Part shown: positions 19,152-29,145 of the stretch, one piece after another | Numbering within the stretch: the stretch's first letter is position 1 | Layout of the letters: each line of letters opens with the position of its first letter | Assembly: GCA_035466435.1 (NCBI GenBank) | Contig: DATIUW010000103.1 | Span: 11,594-75,593, forward strand | Source: Polyangiales bacterium | GTDB lineage: Bacteria > Myxococcota_A > Polyangia > Polyangiales > Houyiibacteriaceae | Direction: 5' to 3' | Length of the DNA stretch: 64,000 bases | The notes under the pieces: model-generated | Told to the model about the DNA's origin: nothing | What the model saw: only the letters and a program-made list of their open reading frames with translations | Databases searched by the model: none | Position numbers and translations under genes: made by a program

Positions 19152-20406
19152 GGGAGCCTCCCCAATACTTGGTCGCAGATCGAATTCGGCTTTCGGCAGC
19201 GATCAGGAAATTGCCTGAAGTCACCACCATGTCGCCCGGCTCGAGACCCTCCGTCACTTCGACGAAGCCATCGGCATGAGCTCCAATCTCGATCTCCTGC
19301 GGCCGGAGCCGGCCTTCTCCGAGATCGACGAACACCAGACGGCGCGGCCCGGTGTAGATCACGGCCGAGTCCTCGACGGCGAGCCTCTCACCGAGATCGA
19401 CCTCGATTTCGACGCTGGCGTACATGTCTGGCTTGAGCACCAAGTCGGGGTTCTTCAACGCGATCCGAATGCGGCCGGTGCGGGTCAATCCTGCGATCGT
19501 CGGATAGATGTAGTCGATGCGGCCTTCGAAGGTCTGCCCCGGCACGTAGGGAAGCTTCACCCGGACTGTTTGGTTCAGCTCGACGTGCGGCAGATCGGAC
19601 TCGAATACATCCGCCTCGATCCAGACCCGCTTCAGATTCGCGATTCGATAGACCCGGGTGCCGGCTTCCACACGACCGCCTTCCACGATGTTCTTCTCGA
19701 TTACGTAGCCAGTGGCAGGAGACAGCACTGGGACGTACTCCCAGGCCTCGGCGCGCCGCTCCAACTGGCGAATCTGCGATGGGCTCATCCCGAGAAGACG
19801 CAGACGCTGCTCGGAAGCCCGCGCCAGCTCGATCAAGGCGTCCGGGCTCTCCTCACGCGTTCGCCTGAGCGCAGTGATGTACTCACGCTCGGCCGCGTAG
19901 AGCTCCGGACTGTACAAAGTGAACAGGGTTTGACCCTTTTTCACGGGCTGACCCGTTTCGTCGACGTAGAGATCCTGAACCCAGCCACTCATCCGAAGAT
20001 TCACGTCTGCGAGAAGTGTCTCGTCGACTTTCACCTGCCCGACGGCGCGAATGTCCCGGGACAGCTCGCGACGTTTCACCTCGGACGTGGTTACTCCGAT
20101 CTGTTGTCGTCGCACCTCGTCGACCACGACCGTTCCGGTATTCAGATCTTCGTTCGTCACTGGCGTGAGCTCCATGCCGCAAATGGGGCACTTGCCAGGC
20201 GACGCTTGCCGGACCGATGGATGCATCGGGCAGGTGTAGTACGCCACTCCTTCCTCGTGCGCGTGTTCGGCGGCAGGCTCTGCGGTTGGCTCGGCGCGCT
20301 CATCGTACTGGAAGAACATCCACGTTCCGACGGCGGCCGCGGCGAGCAGAAGGACACCAATCGGTAGCCAATAGCGGCGCGTCTTGCGTGCGTCAGGGGC
20401 GTTCAT
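19138..20406 (-). CDS. cusB: RND periplasmic adaptor (CusB-like) with an N-terminal heavy-metal-binding domain
   Basis: YTCPMHPSVRQASPGKCPICGMELTP is followed by a membrane-fusion-protein core. Overlaps cusA by 14 nt. Confidence 0.9.
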   Translation of the reverse strand: MNAPDARKTRRYWLPIGVLLLAAAAVGTWMFFQYDERAEPTAEPAAEHAHEEGVAYYTCPMHPSVRQASPGKCPICGMELTPVTNEDLNTGTVVVDEVRRQQIGVTTSEVKRRELSRDIRAVGQVKVDETLLADVNLRMSGWVQDLYVDETGQPVKKGQTLFTLYSPELYAAEREYITALRRTREESPDALIELARASEQRLRLLGMSPSQIRQLERRAEAWEYVPVLSPATGYVIEKNIVEGGRVEAGTRVYRIANLKRVWIEADVFESDLPHVELNQTVRVKLPYVPGQTFEGRIDYIYPTIAGLTRTGRIRIALKNPDLVLKPDMYASVEIEVDLGERLAVEDSAVIYTGPRRLVFVDLGEGRLRPQEIEIGAHADGFVEVTEGLEPGDMVVTSGNFLIAAESRIRSATKYWGGSHDSH

Positions 20407-21778
20407 CGTGTCCTCCTTCGGCGGAAATTCCGGGGACGATGCCTCGCGCCCGGTCGAGCTCCGCAGCTCTTTGTCCGAGGTCTGCCAGTGAATCTTCGTA
20501 TTGGATCTCCAGTGTTCGCAGCGAGCGCTCCGCGTCGATCAGCGCTTGAAAGCTGTTTCGTCCGGTTTCGTAGCCAAACTCCGCCGCATCGATTTGAGCT
20601 CGTGCCGCCGGAATGAGCCGTTCTTGGTACAGTCGGACGACGTGCCGCGCTTCCAGCATCCGTTGGCGCGCCTGGTCCACTTCGACACGAACGTCGTCTC
20701 GCATCGCCGTGAGCTCGGCGGCAGCCTGCTGGGCTCGCGCCTCGGCCTCGTCGACCGCTCCCTTCCGGGCTCTGATTTGGAGGGGAAGATTGAGCGAAAC
20801 ACCGGTCATCCATTGATGATCGGTCTGGGCCCACATCGAATTGTACTCTCCCATGAGACCGATCTCGGGAGAGTAGTTCCGCTTGGCGAGGCTCACCGAG
20901 GAGCTCGCGGCGCGCATCTCCGCCTGGGCGGCCCGAAGCTCCGGACGGCTCTCGATGGCTTCTCGTTGGAGGCTCTCGCTCGGGCCGATGTCGGTCGGAC
21001 GCGGCTGCGTGCGCGCTGGTGGCGCAGGCAATGGGAGGTCAGGCCGCTGATGAAGGAGACCGTTGATCTGCGCGACGACCACGTCTCGTTGCGACCTCAG
21101 AACGACGCGCTGATGGATGATGTGAGCGAGCTCTACCTCTGCCTGCAGAGGATCTTGCTGAGACACGCGGCCCGCTTCGTATTGCACCATCGCGCTAGCA
21201 CGGATGTCTTCGATCAGTTGGCGGTGCTCTTCGTTGAGCTCGAGCAATCGCGTCAAGCGGTAGTACTCATCGAAGAGAGAAGAGGCCATCAAGGCGAGCG
21301 TCAGGCGGACGGCCTCGTAGTTGGCTTGCTCGGCCTCGGCTTCTGCGAGCGCCACCTGGCCGGCGAAGCGGAGCTTCCCAGGTGTCGGAAAACGCTGCTC
21401 GAGCCGCACGACCTGGCCGAACCTGACCTCGTCCGAGCGGATGCTCAGCGGTGCGAGGCTATAGCTTGCCCGAGTGTCTTCGAGTGACCGCGCTTGGGGG
21501 TGCTGGGCCAGTGCTGCCCGCCAGGCCTGCCTGGACGCTTCCAGATTCGGATTTCGGGCCAGCACCGCGTGCACCAACGCCTCGCGATGGAGCGGGCCGT
21601 CGCTAGGAAAGACGACCGGCTCTTCGGTCTGCGTTGCCTTTACGCTGCTGTGCTCTTCTTCTCGTAGGGCGCTTTGCAGCTCTTCATAGCGGTCATGCTG
21701 TCCATGTGCGCATCCGCTCCATTGTGCCCCAATCATCATCCACGGCACCGCTGCCGTCATCATCGTCAACCGGTTCAT
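20393..21778 (-). CDS. TolC-family outer-membrane efflux protein (CusC/CzcC-like)
   Basis: 461 aa with two OEP-type coiled-coil repeats. Overlaps cusB by 14 nt. Confidence 0.85.
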   Translation of the reverse strand: MNRLTMMTAAVPWMMIGAQWSGCAHGQHDRYEELQSALREEEHSSVKATQTEEPVVFPSDGPLHREALVHAVLARNPNLEASRQAWRAALAQHPQARSLEDTRASYSLAPLSIRSDEVRFGQVVRLEQRFPTPGKLRFAGQVALAEAEAEQANYEAVRLTLALMASSLFDEYYRLTRLLELNEEHRQLIEDIRASAMVQYEAGRVSQQDPLQAEVELAHIIHQRVVLRSQRDVVVAQINGLLHQRPDLPLPAPPARTQPRPTDIGPSESLQREAIESRPELRAAQAEMRAASSSVSLAKRNYSPEIGLMGEYNSMWAQTDHQWMTGVSLNLPLQIRARKGAVDEAEARAQQAAAELTAMRDDVRVEVDQARQRMLEARHVVRLYQERLIPAARAQIDAAEFGYETGRNSFQALIDAERSLRTLEIQYEDSLADLGQRAAELDRARGIVPGISAEGGHDERP

Positions 21779-21876
21779 AGCTCCTCACTCCCGTTGCTAC
21801 GCGATCAAGATCCACGGAGACGCAGATCTCCCTCGAACGGCAAAGCACGCCGTTCAACGGAGCCCGCGCGAGGAGC

Positions 21877-22260
21877 TCAATTCAGATAGGAGCAGTTCCA
21901 GACGAAGAGCGGAGGTCCGTCGCGATTCGGAGAGCCGCGCGCGAGAGGCATCCTGGCTTCGTCTGCGGGCTTGGCGGCAAAGCAATCCGAGACGTCGAGC
22001 GCTGCCAGCATCGGCAGCGGGGCATCGGCGGTTGGCTTTTCCTCGCCCTTCGCGCCCAACGGATGCTCGCCGTTCGAGATCACCCCGCCACAACAATCGT
22101 CGACACGCTTCAGCTCGGCCGGGGGTGCGTCGCTCGCCTCGTGGCAGCAGCAGGTGGTCCGGACGAGACCTTCCATGCCACACAGGTGGAAGACCGCCCC
22201 CGCCACTGCCGAGGTGACGAGGAACATCAGAGCCAATACACCTATCGCATTCCGACGCAT
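21877..22260 (-). CDS. Small membrane-anchored Cys/His-rich protein leading the RND operon
   Basis: Start reset to MRRNAIGVLALMFLVTSAVAG (one TM helix). This is followed by HLCGMEGLVRTTCCCHEASD and DDCCGG. I recognise no family. Confidence 0.45.
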   Translation of the reverse strand: MRRNAIGVLALMFLVTSAVAGAVFHLCGMEGLVRTTCCCHEASDAPPAELKRVDDCCGGVISNGEHPLGAKGEEKPTADAPLPMLAALDVSDCFAAKPADEARMPLARGSPNRDGPPLFVWNCSYLN

Positions 22261-22408
22261 CCACTCTAAGCATACCACATGGGCGGAATTAGCCAGGGCT
22301 ACCAGTGAATTCCATGCATGATGTGGCCGAAGGCGACCGCTTCCGGGTGCCCTCCACGTTCGCGCTCCCAGGGGTTCCAGGACGGGCACGAGATCCGCCT
22401 TCGCCCCG

Positions 22409-23041
22409 TCACGGAAACACGTGCAAATCGAACATGCCGACTAGGTTCATGGTCAGGAAACCTCGCTGGTCCTCCCCGGCCTCGTATCGTCCGTCCACGG
22501 CGTCGCTCACGGGATAAAGATAGAAGAACATGCCGGTCAGGTTCACGTGGAGCTCCAGCTCCGCGCCTTCCGGGATCGTGCGGGCACCTTCGGGAAACTG
22601 GGTGGTCCCGCTCAACGTGAGAGGCGAGACGGCTCGGACCTGCTCGGCTCCAATCAACGTCTGCAGCTCGATGTCGAGCATCTGCGTTCCGCCATCAGGA
22701 GGGGCGAGCTCGATCGCCAAGCCGGCATAGTCCCCCGCAGGAACCGGGCCGATGAACGGCGCTCGCTGCTCGCTTGCCGCCAGATCGATGACGGTGGGTC
22801 CAAAGAGGGGCACGTTGCCGTCGGCGCCGACGAGGGAGATCGATCGGACGGCCAACGTGCCGTCGATCAGCTCGAGCTCGCCATTCTCACTCACGATGCG
22901 GTCTCGAGACTCGACCGAGATCGCAGTGAGCTCGGATTGGCTTGTTGAATTGCCGCCGCACGCCAGCGCGCAGAGCATCCACGGCGTAAGCGCAAGGGCT
23001 AGCAATGATGGTTTCAATGGGTCTCGCTTCGCGGTTCGCAT
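22409..23041 (-). CDS. Lipoprotein, function unknown
   Basis: Lipobox CALACGGN. The body looks beta-rich. Possibly DUF4382-like, unverified. Confidence 0.5.
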   Translation of the reverse strand: MRTAKRDPLKPSLLALALTPWMLCALACGGNSTSQSELTAISVESRDRIVSENGELELIDGTLAVRSISLVGADGNVPLFGPTVIDLAASEQRAPFIGPVPAGDYAGLAIELAPPDGGTQMLDIELQTLIGAEQVRAVSPLTLSGTTQFPEGARTIPEGAELELHVNLTGMFFYLYPVSDAVDGRYEAGEDQRGFLTMNLVGMFDLHVFP

Positions 23042-23058
23042 GGGGCTATCGAGTTCCT

Positions 23059-23934
23059 CTAGCGTACCACCACCGGGCTCGGCTCGGGAGGCGCGCCAAG
23101 GGCTGGCCGATTGGATTCGGGCTGCCGTCCGTCTGCCTCGCGAATACCAAGCTCTTGCGCAAGCTCCGAGACGACGAGCACCCGGCCCGAGCGCATCATG
23201 CGCTGGGGATCACCATGCAGTGCTCGAATCACGCGCCCAACGAGATCTGGGCTTTCGGCATTGGCGAGAAACTTTCCGTAGGGACCCTTCATCGCATCTG
23301 GGTGACGAAAGAGCGGCTCGTTTCGTTCGGTACGCACGAAGCCGAGCCAGAGGCTCATCGACGCGACATCGTGATCCCGGAAGTCGACTGCCATGTCCAT
23401 CGCCATCTTGTCGACGCCAGCCTTTCCTGCACCGTACGCAGGTCCATGCATGTAGCAACGCGCGCCAAAGCTCGAAGTAAAGACGACCAGAGCTCCCCCC
23501 GTGCGCACGAGCAAGGGAGCGGCGTAGTAGGTCGCGACGTAGTGTGAGCGCTGTCCTACGTCGAGCATTTGCACCAAGTCGAGAGATTTCTCCCAAAACG
23601 GGCCAGGCTTCGCTAGATCGCGCGGGATTACGGTCGCGTTGTTGACCAAAATGTCGAGACGGCCCTGCTCGTCGCGCACTTGCTCGAACAACTTCCTCGT
23701 CTGGTCGTCATCGTCATGATCGCACGACACCGGAATTCCCCGCCCGCCTGCTTCGGTCACGGTCCTTGCGGTGTCCTGCACGGTTCCGCCCAGCGGATGG
23801 CTCGCACCCTCGCGGGTGCTCCGGCCCGTCACATAGACGGTTGCGCCCGAGGCGCCGAGCGCGATCGCAATGCCCTTTCCGACGCCCCGGCTTGCACCCG
23901 TGACGACGGCTACCGTGCTCTTTAGGTCGCTCAT
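23059..23934 (-). CDS. Short-chain dehydrogenase/reductase overlapping acr3 by 4 nt
   Basis: Start reset to [24 protein letters not shown] and YGAGK (YxxxK) present. ATGA overlap with the acr3 stop at 23931-23934. Confidence 0.8.
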   Translation of the reverse strand: MSDLKSTVAVVTGASRGVGKGIAIALGASGATVYVTGRSTREGASHPLGGTVQDTARTVTEAGGRGIPVSCDHDDDDQTRKLFEQVRDEQGRLDILVNNATVIPRDLAKPGPFWEKSLDLVQMLDVGQRSHYVATYYAAPLLVRTGGALVVFTSSFGARCYMHGPAYGAGKAGVDKMAMDMAVDFRDHDVASMSLWLGFVRTERNEPLFRHPDAMKGPYGKFLANAESPDLVGRVIRALHGDPQRMMRSGRVLVVSELAQELGIREADGRQPESNRPALGAPPEPSPVVVR

Positions 23935-24998
23935 CCAGACGCTTCTAGCACGGCCTGCTCGGGGAAGTATCGCCGGCCCAGCCGAAGCGCGACGTGGACC
24001 AGCCCAATCATGACTGGAACCTCCACCAAGGGACCGATTACCGCAGCAAAGGCGGCGCCGTGATGGATTCCGAAGGTTGCCACGGCGACGGCGATCGCGA
24101 GCTCGAAGTTGTTCGATGCCGCGGTAAACGAAAGCGTCGTGGCCACGGGGTAGCTCGCGCCGGCCGCCTTGGACAGCCAAAACGAAACGAAGAACATGGC
24201 GACGAAATAGATCAACAAGGGGACGGCGACCCGAATCACGTCGAATGGAAGCGCCACGATGCTGTCGCCCTTGAGCGAGAACATCACCATGATGGTGAAC
24301 AGCAAGGCGATGAGGGTGATGGGGCCGATGCGTGGTGCAAAAGAGCTTTCGTACCACTCGCGCCCCTTTGCTCTGATCAGGCTCATTCGTGTGAGGAAGC
24401 CGGCAGCGAAGGGAATCCCGAGGTAAATGGCTACGCTCTTGGCGATCTCGCCGATGGTGATGTCGACCACCATACCCTCGAGACCGAGCATTGCTGGCAG
24501 CCATGTCACGAAGAACCAGGCGTAAAACGAGAAGAACAAAATCTGAAAGATCGAGTTGAAAGCGACCAGCCCAGCGGCGAATTCACGGTCGCCGAGCGCG
24601 AGGTCGTTCCACACGATGACCATCGCGATGCAGCGTGCAAGGCCGATGATGATGAGCCCCACCATGTATTCCGGCTTGTCCGGAAGGAACAACACCGCGA
24701 GAACGAACATGAGCACGGGGCCGATGATCCAGTTCTGCACCAAAGAGAGCGTCAACACTTTCTTGTTCCGAAAGACGCGCCCCATCTCTTCGTAACGGAC
24801 CTTCGCGAGGGGAGGGTACATCATCAGGATGAGGCCGATGGCGATCGGTATGGAGGTCGTGCCGATGCTCATCGCGTCGAGCGCTCGCGCAAAGCCCGGC
24901 ACTCGGTAACCGAGCACGATCCCGAGCCCCATCGCGACGAAGATCCACAATGTCAGATATCGATCGAGGAAGGACAGACGACGTTTGGGGCTGGTCAC
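23931..24998 (-). CDS. acr3: ACR3-family arsenite efflux permease
   Basis: [22 protein letters not shown]...[17 protein letters not shown] is the classic ACR3 N-terminus. GTG start in a GTGA overlap with the arsR stop. Confidence 0.9.
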   Translation of the reverse strand: MTSPKRRLSFLDRYLTLWIFVAMGLGIVLGYRVPGFARALDAMSIGTTSIPIAIGLILMMYPPLAKVRYEEMGRVFRNKKVLTLSLVQNWIIGPVLMFVLAVLFLPDKPEYMVGLIIIGLARCIAMVIVWNDLALGDREFAAGLVAFNSIFQILFFSFYAWFFVTWLPAMLGLEGMVVDITIGEIAKSVAIYLGIPFAAGFLTRMSLIRAKGREWYESSFAPRIGPITLIALLFTIMVMFSLKGDSIVALPFDVIRVAVPLLIYFVAMFFVSFWLSKAAGASYPVATTLSFTAASNNFELAIAVAVATFGIHHGAAFAAVIGPLVEVPVMIGLVHVALRLGRRYFPEQAVLEASG

Positions 24999-25357
24999 GG
25001 TGATTTCCCTTCCGGGTTGGGGTGGAGCTCGCCGAGGAGCTCTGCCAGGTACGCCAGCGCGGACCGATCGACGCAGTAACACCGACGGGGTCCGTCCACT
25101 TCGCCCTTGATGATCCCCGCCTCTTTGAGGACCTTGAGGTGCTGAGACACCGTCGACGCCGCGAGAGGGAGCTCGTCGGTCAGCTCACCCGCCACGCAGG
25201 TGTCTTTGGCAAGCAGGGTCCGGACGATGTGAACCCGGGCGGGGTGTCCCAAGGCTTTTGCAAGCCTCGCTAGATCGGCGGCTGCGTCGTGCGCAGTCAG
25301 GGCTTGCGCAACGGTCATGCGGTCGGGAGGACAGGAGCTCACTTCTTTTGTGGGCAT
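24995..25357 (-). CDS. arsR: ArsR/SmtB-family metalloregulator
   Basis: Winged HTH: [52 protein letters not shown]. Confidence 0.85.
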   Translation of the reverse strand: MPTKEVSSCPPDRMTVAQALTAHDAAADLARLAKALGHPARVHIVRTLLAKDTCVAGELTDELPLAASTVSQHLKVLKEAGIIKGEVDGPRRCYCVDRSALAYLAELLGELHPNPEGKSP

Positions 25358-25359
25358 TT

Positions 25360-25398
25360 CGTATTTCGTCTAATTACGAAATACGCCCGCCGTGTCAA
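25360..25398 (-). promoter_or_regulatory. Putative arsR promoter with an overlapping perfect dyad operator
   Basis: CGTATTTCGT (25360-25369) and ACGAAATACG (25376-25385) form a perfect 10-bp inverted repeat around CTAATT. On the minus strand, TTGACA (25393-25398) lies 16 nt upstream of TAATTA. The dyad ends 3 nt from the arsR ATG. Confidence 0.55.
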
Positions 25399-25428
25399 CT
25401 CCATGGCCCTCCTCAATACTGCATTGGG

Positions 25429-26187
25429 ATGAAACGCGCAGCGCCCCATGAACATCGGAGTCCGGAACAATACGTGGTCCAAGGCCAAACGCTGACCATG
25501 CCTTGCATCGTGCGTGATGCCTGCGCGGCCACCGCGACTTGGATCGTCAGCTCCCGGGCGGCACAAGCGCTCCTGCCCGGCTCGGAGCTCGAGATCGCGG
25601 AGATCGCACCGCGCCGGGGCCTCCTCAGCGTCGCGTGCATCGACTACCGAGACAACGACCTCGGCGACTACAACGAGGTATCCGTTGCGCTGTTCGTACG
25701 CAAACGAGGTGAGCGCCGGACCGTGCCCTACGTGGGTACGGCCCTCGACATGATGCGCGGCATTCTACCGACGCACATTCTTCACCTGCCGGTCGATCAG
25801 GCGTTCACCTGTGAAGCAGGGCGGCTCATTTGGGGCTTTCCGAAGACGCTCGACGACATCGATTTCGACACCACCGGGGACAAGGCCCGCTGCGTCTGGA
25901 ACAAGGACGGTCACACCGTAATGAAGCTGACCCTGCCGCTCGGGGGACATCGCGATCTTCCAGAGCAGACCTTGCGAACGTACAGTTACATCGATGGTGC
26001 CCTACACGAGACCCGCTTTGCGTCGAGCGCGGACGGCATGGGGGTGCATCTCGGTGGTGCCCAGATCGAGCTGGGCGCGCATCCAATCGCCGACGAGCTC
26101 CGCTCGCTCGGCCTTCCCAAACCCGCGCTCATGACCATTTGGATGGGCAAGATGAGGGCTCGATTCGAAGCGCCCGAGCGCTGTTGA
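25429..26187 (+). CDS. Acetoacetate decarboxylase-family protein
   Basis: Start reset to MKRAAPHEH. Size and blocks (IDYRDNDLGDYNEVSVALFV, GFPKTLDDIDF) resemble ADC-like beta-cone proteins. Confidence 0.6.
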   Translation: MKRAAPHEHRSPEQYVVQGQTLTMPCIVRDACAATATWIVSSRAAQALLPGSELEIAEIAPRRGLLSVACIDYRDNDLGDYNEVSVALFVRKRGERRTVPYVGTALDMMRGILPTHILHLPVDQAFTCEAGRLIWGFPKTLDDIDFDTTGDKARCVWNKDGHTVMKLTLPLGGHRDLPEQTLRTYSYIDGALHETRFASSADGMGVHLGGAQIELGAHPIADELRSLGLPKPALMTIWMGKMRARFEAPERC

Positions 26188-26197
26188 ACGCGCGGGG

Positions 26198-26755
26198 CTA
26201 ACGCTCGGATCGGTTCACGTCCCGGAGTGCAGACAACCCCGTGGTCACGTATTGGAGCACGCTGATGGCGATGGTGACTAGCACCGCAGCTCCCAGCGCC
26301 TTCAACCATGGAGCGGACGGCCAACCCCGCCAGGCGTGCGTGATGACCAAGAGCGCGAACGCGATCTGAAGCACCGTATTGAGCTTGCTTGCGAGGGTCG
26401 GGCTACCTTGAACCGGCCCTACGAGCGAGTGGTACGCGATGATACCAGCCACGATGATCACATCGCGACCGATGACGATTGCAGTGAACCATACGGGTAC
26501 CCACCCCAGCCAACTCAGCGTCAAGAACAGACTCAGCATCAGTAGCTTGTCGGCAGTGGGGTCGAGCAGGCCTCCAAGCTGCGTGCGCCAATCAAACCGC
26601 CGCGCCAAAAAGCCGTCCAGGGCGTCGGAGAGACCCGCGCTCAAGATGAGCAGTAGCGATAGACCGTAGCGCCCATCCACCAAGGCCCAGACGATCGGCG
26701 CCACCAAGAAGATGCGAACGACGCAAATCAGGTTCGGGATGTACTTCAGCTTCAC
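26198..26755 (-). CDS. CDP-alcohol phosphatidyltransferase (PgsA-like)
   Basis: DALDGFLARRFDWRTQLGGLLDPTADKLL matches D-G-x2-A-R-x8-G-x3-D-x3-D. Confidence 0.85.
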   Translation of the reverse strand: MKLKYIPNLICVVRIFLVAPIVWALVDGRYGLSLLLILSAGLSDALDGFLARRFDWRTQLGGLLDPTADKLLMLSLFLTLSWLGWVPVWFTAIVIGRDVIIVAGIIAYHSLVGPVQGSPTLASKLNTVLQIAFALLVITHAWRGWPSAPWLKALGAAVLVTIAISVLQYVTTGLSALRDVNRSER

Positions 26756-26772
26756 AGATCCCGCCGTAGAAG

Positions 26773-27606
26773 CTATTTCGCCGTGAGCTTCGCGTAGCCC
26801 CTCGTGATGCCCTGGTAGCTGGAAGGCAGTAAACGAACCATCCAGTCGAAAACCTGCGCGTCGGGACCGACCAGCACGCGGCGCTTGTTTGCCCGCACGG
26901 CTGCGAGGATGACGCAGGCAGCCTTGTTCGCGCTCGTGATGAAGGCTCTTTCGAACTTCTCCCCTGCCTTCACCTCGTCGATGCCGAGGTCCCGGATGCT
27001 GGGATCCACCCGGGCGGACCGTGCGATTGCGGTCTTGATGCCGCCTGGATGAACGCTAGTCGCGCTGACTCCGCACTTGATGATGTCGAGCTCTTGGCGA
27101 AGCGCCTCCGTGAAGCCGCGGACGGCGAACTTGGCGGCGTTGTAGGCGGCCTGGCTGGGGATGCCGGCCAACCCGAAGACACTCGACATGTTGACGATGT
27201 GACCGTCGCCAGATGCTCGGAGATGAGGCAGGAACGCCTTGGTGCCATAGACCACACCCCAGAAGTTGATGCTCATGAGCCACTCGAAGTCTTCGTAACT
27301 CATCTTTTCGACGGTACTGCTCAGTGCGACACCCGCATTGTTGAAGATCAGGTTCACCTTGCCGTGATCGGCTGCGACCTGCTCCGCCCACGCGTACACG
27401 GCGTCGCGATCGGCCACGTCTACCGTTTTCGAGGTGACCCGCACGCCGAAAGCGCGAGACAGCCCGACGGTTTCCCGCAGTCCATGCTCGTTCAAGTCAG
27501 AGAGCGCTAGGTCACAGCCTTGGCGCCCAAGCTCGATCGCCAGCTCGCGCCCGATGCCGGATGCGGCACCCGTGATTGCAGCTACTTTGCCTCTGAAGTC
27601 TTTCAT
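26773..27606 (-). CDS. Short-chain dehydrogenase/reductase
   Basis: Start reset to MKDFRGKVAAITGAASGIGRE. NNAG and YNAAK present. Confidence 0.85.
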   Translation of the reverse strand: MKDFRGKVAAITGAASGIGRELAIELGRQGCDLALSDLNEHGLRETVGLSRAFGVRVTSKTVDVADRDAVYAWAEQVAADHGKVNLIFNNAGVALSSTVEKMSYEDFEWLMSINFWGVVYGTKAFLPHLRASGDGHIVNMSSVFGLAGIPSQAAYNAAKFAVRGFTEALRQELDIIKCGVSATSVHPGGIKTAIARSARVDPSIRDLGIDEVKAGEKFERAFITSANKAACVILAAVRANKRRVLVGPDAQVFDWMVRLLPSSYQGITRGYAKLTAK

Positions 27607-27687
27607 CTGCTGGCTCCCCTGCCGATTGGTAGCCCATGACGCTCCGCGGGCAAAGCCCCATCGGACGAGATGTGATATGGAATTGTC

Positions 27688-29145
27688 ATGCAGACGCACC
27701 CCGTGACGCCCACGGACGTGGTGAGCGCGTTTTGCGACGACGTTCTCGGTGGCGCAGATGCAGTCGAGATCGCGAAGCGCATCCGATCCCGCGAGATTCA
27801 TGCGCGTCAAGCCGTGGAAGCCGCAATTTCGCGGGCCGAGCGGGTGAATCCATTGCTCAATGCGATCGCAACGCCGCTCTTCGACTCCGCGCGGGAGCGG
27901 GGGCTGTCGCCGCCGCCTGGTCCGTTTGGCGGGGTGCCCTCGTTCATCAAGGATACCGACGAGGTGGCAGGCTCGCCCCTCTTGTTCGGATCACGGGGAA
28001 TGCCCCGCACACCCGTTCACAAGACATCGCCTTTTGCCGAGCAATTCTTGTCGCTCGGCTTCATCAATCTGGGAAAGACCACGACACCCGAGTTCGGGCT
28101 CACCGGAACGACTGAGGCGCTGGTTCATGGGCCGACTCACAACCCTTGGAAGCCAGGATTTTCTACGGGCGGTTCGTCGGGGGGCTCGGCGGCCTTGGTC
28201 GCAGCGGGTGTGGTGCCCATGGCCCATGCGAACGATGGCGGAGGCTCGATTCGAATCCCCGCGTCCTGCTGCGGCCTCGTGGGGCTGAAGCCCTCGCGCG
28301 GTCGCGTGGCGGAAATCGAAGGCTCCGAGCTCTTGCCCGTCAAGATCCTGCATCAGGGCGTGGTCAGCCGCACGGTACGCGACACCGCGGTCTTCTTCCA
28401 CGCCGCGGAACAGTATCGTCGCAACCCGAAGCTTCCGCAGATCGGTTTGGTGACGCGTCCGGGCAGGCGACTGCGGATTGGATTCTTCGTCGAGCTCGGT
28501 GCGAACGCGCCGGCTCATCCCGAATGTGTGGCGGCCGTTCATGACGTGGCTGCGCTCTGCGAACGGCTGGGTCATTCGGTCGAAGAGGTGCCGGTGCCTT
28601 TCGACGAGGGCTTTCACGAAGATTTCTTTCTCTTGTGGTCGACCATGGCTTTCGTCATCACTCGCTTCGGCAAGCAGCTCATTCACCCGGAGTTCGATCG
28701 AACCAAAATCGAGCCATTCACCGAGGGCCTCGTCCGTCATTGCAAGGACAATGCGCTCAAGGTTCCTGCCGCCGTTTTGCGGCTTCGCAGGTTTGCGCGT
28801 CACTACGATCGCGGCTTCGAGCAATACGACGTCTTGATGAATCCAACTCTGGCAATGCCACCTCCGAAGCTCGGTTTCCTCGGACCCGAGGTTGCTTTCG
28901 ACGTCGCGCTGGAACGCTTGAAATGGTTCATACCGTTCACACCCGTGCAGAACGTGGCCGGCGGCCCGGCCATCTCGCTTCCGCTCGCGATGAGCAGCGA
29001 AGGCCTCCCGATCGGCGTGCAGCTCGCCTCGCGTCTGGGCCAAGAGCGCACCCTGCTGGAGCTCGCGCTGGAGCTCGAAGAAGCAGCACCCTGGCCTACG
29101 GTTCCCCGTCAGCGACCGAGCAGCTCCGAGAGCACCGCAGGTTGA
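27688..29145 (+). CDS. Amidase-signature family amidase
   Basis: [14 protein letters not shown] and [12 protein letters not shown] signature blocks. Confidence 0.9.
   Translation: MQTHPVTPTDVVSAFCDDVLGGADAVEIAKRIRSREIHARQAVEAAISRAERVNPLLNAIATPLFDSARERGLSPPPGPFGGVPSFIKDTDEVAGSPLLFGSRGMPRTPVHKTSPFAEQFLSLGFINLGKTTTPEFGLTGTTEALVHGPTHNPWKPGFSTGGSSGGSAALVAAGVVPMAHANDGGGSIRIPASCCGLVGLKPSRGRVAEIEGSELLPVKILHQGVVSRTVRDTAVFFHAAEQYRRNPKLPQIGLVTRPGRRLRIGFFVELGANAPAHPECVAAVHDVAALCERLGHSVEEVPVPFDEGFHEDFFLLWSTMAFVITRFGKQLIHPEFDRTKIEPFTEGLVRHCKDNALKVPAAVLRLRRFARHYDRGFEQYDVLMNPTLAMPPPKLGFLGPEVAFDVALERLKWFIPFTPVQNVAGGPAISLPLAMSSEGLPIGVQLASRLGQERTLLELALELEEAAPWPTVPRQRPSSSESTAG

Noticed and set aside
22261-22408. 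GGAATT...GAATTCC partial inverted repeat upstream of the Cys-rich ORF, considered as a possible metal-regulator operator.
   Set aside because: The arms pair over only 6 bp, the spacer is 17 nt, and it does not resemble any known CueR, CzcR or ArsR site. This is too weak to call.
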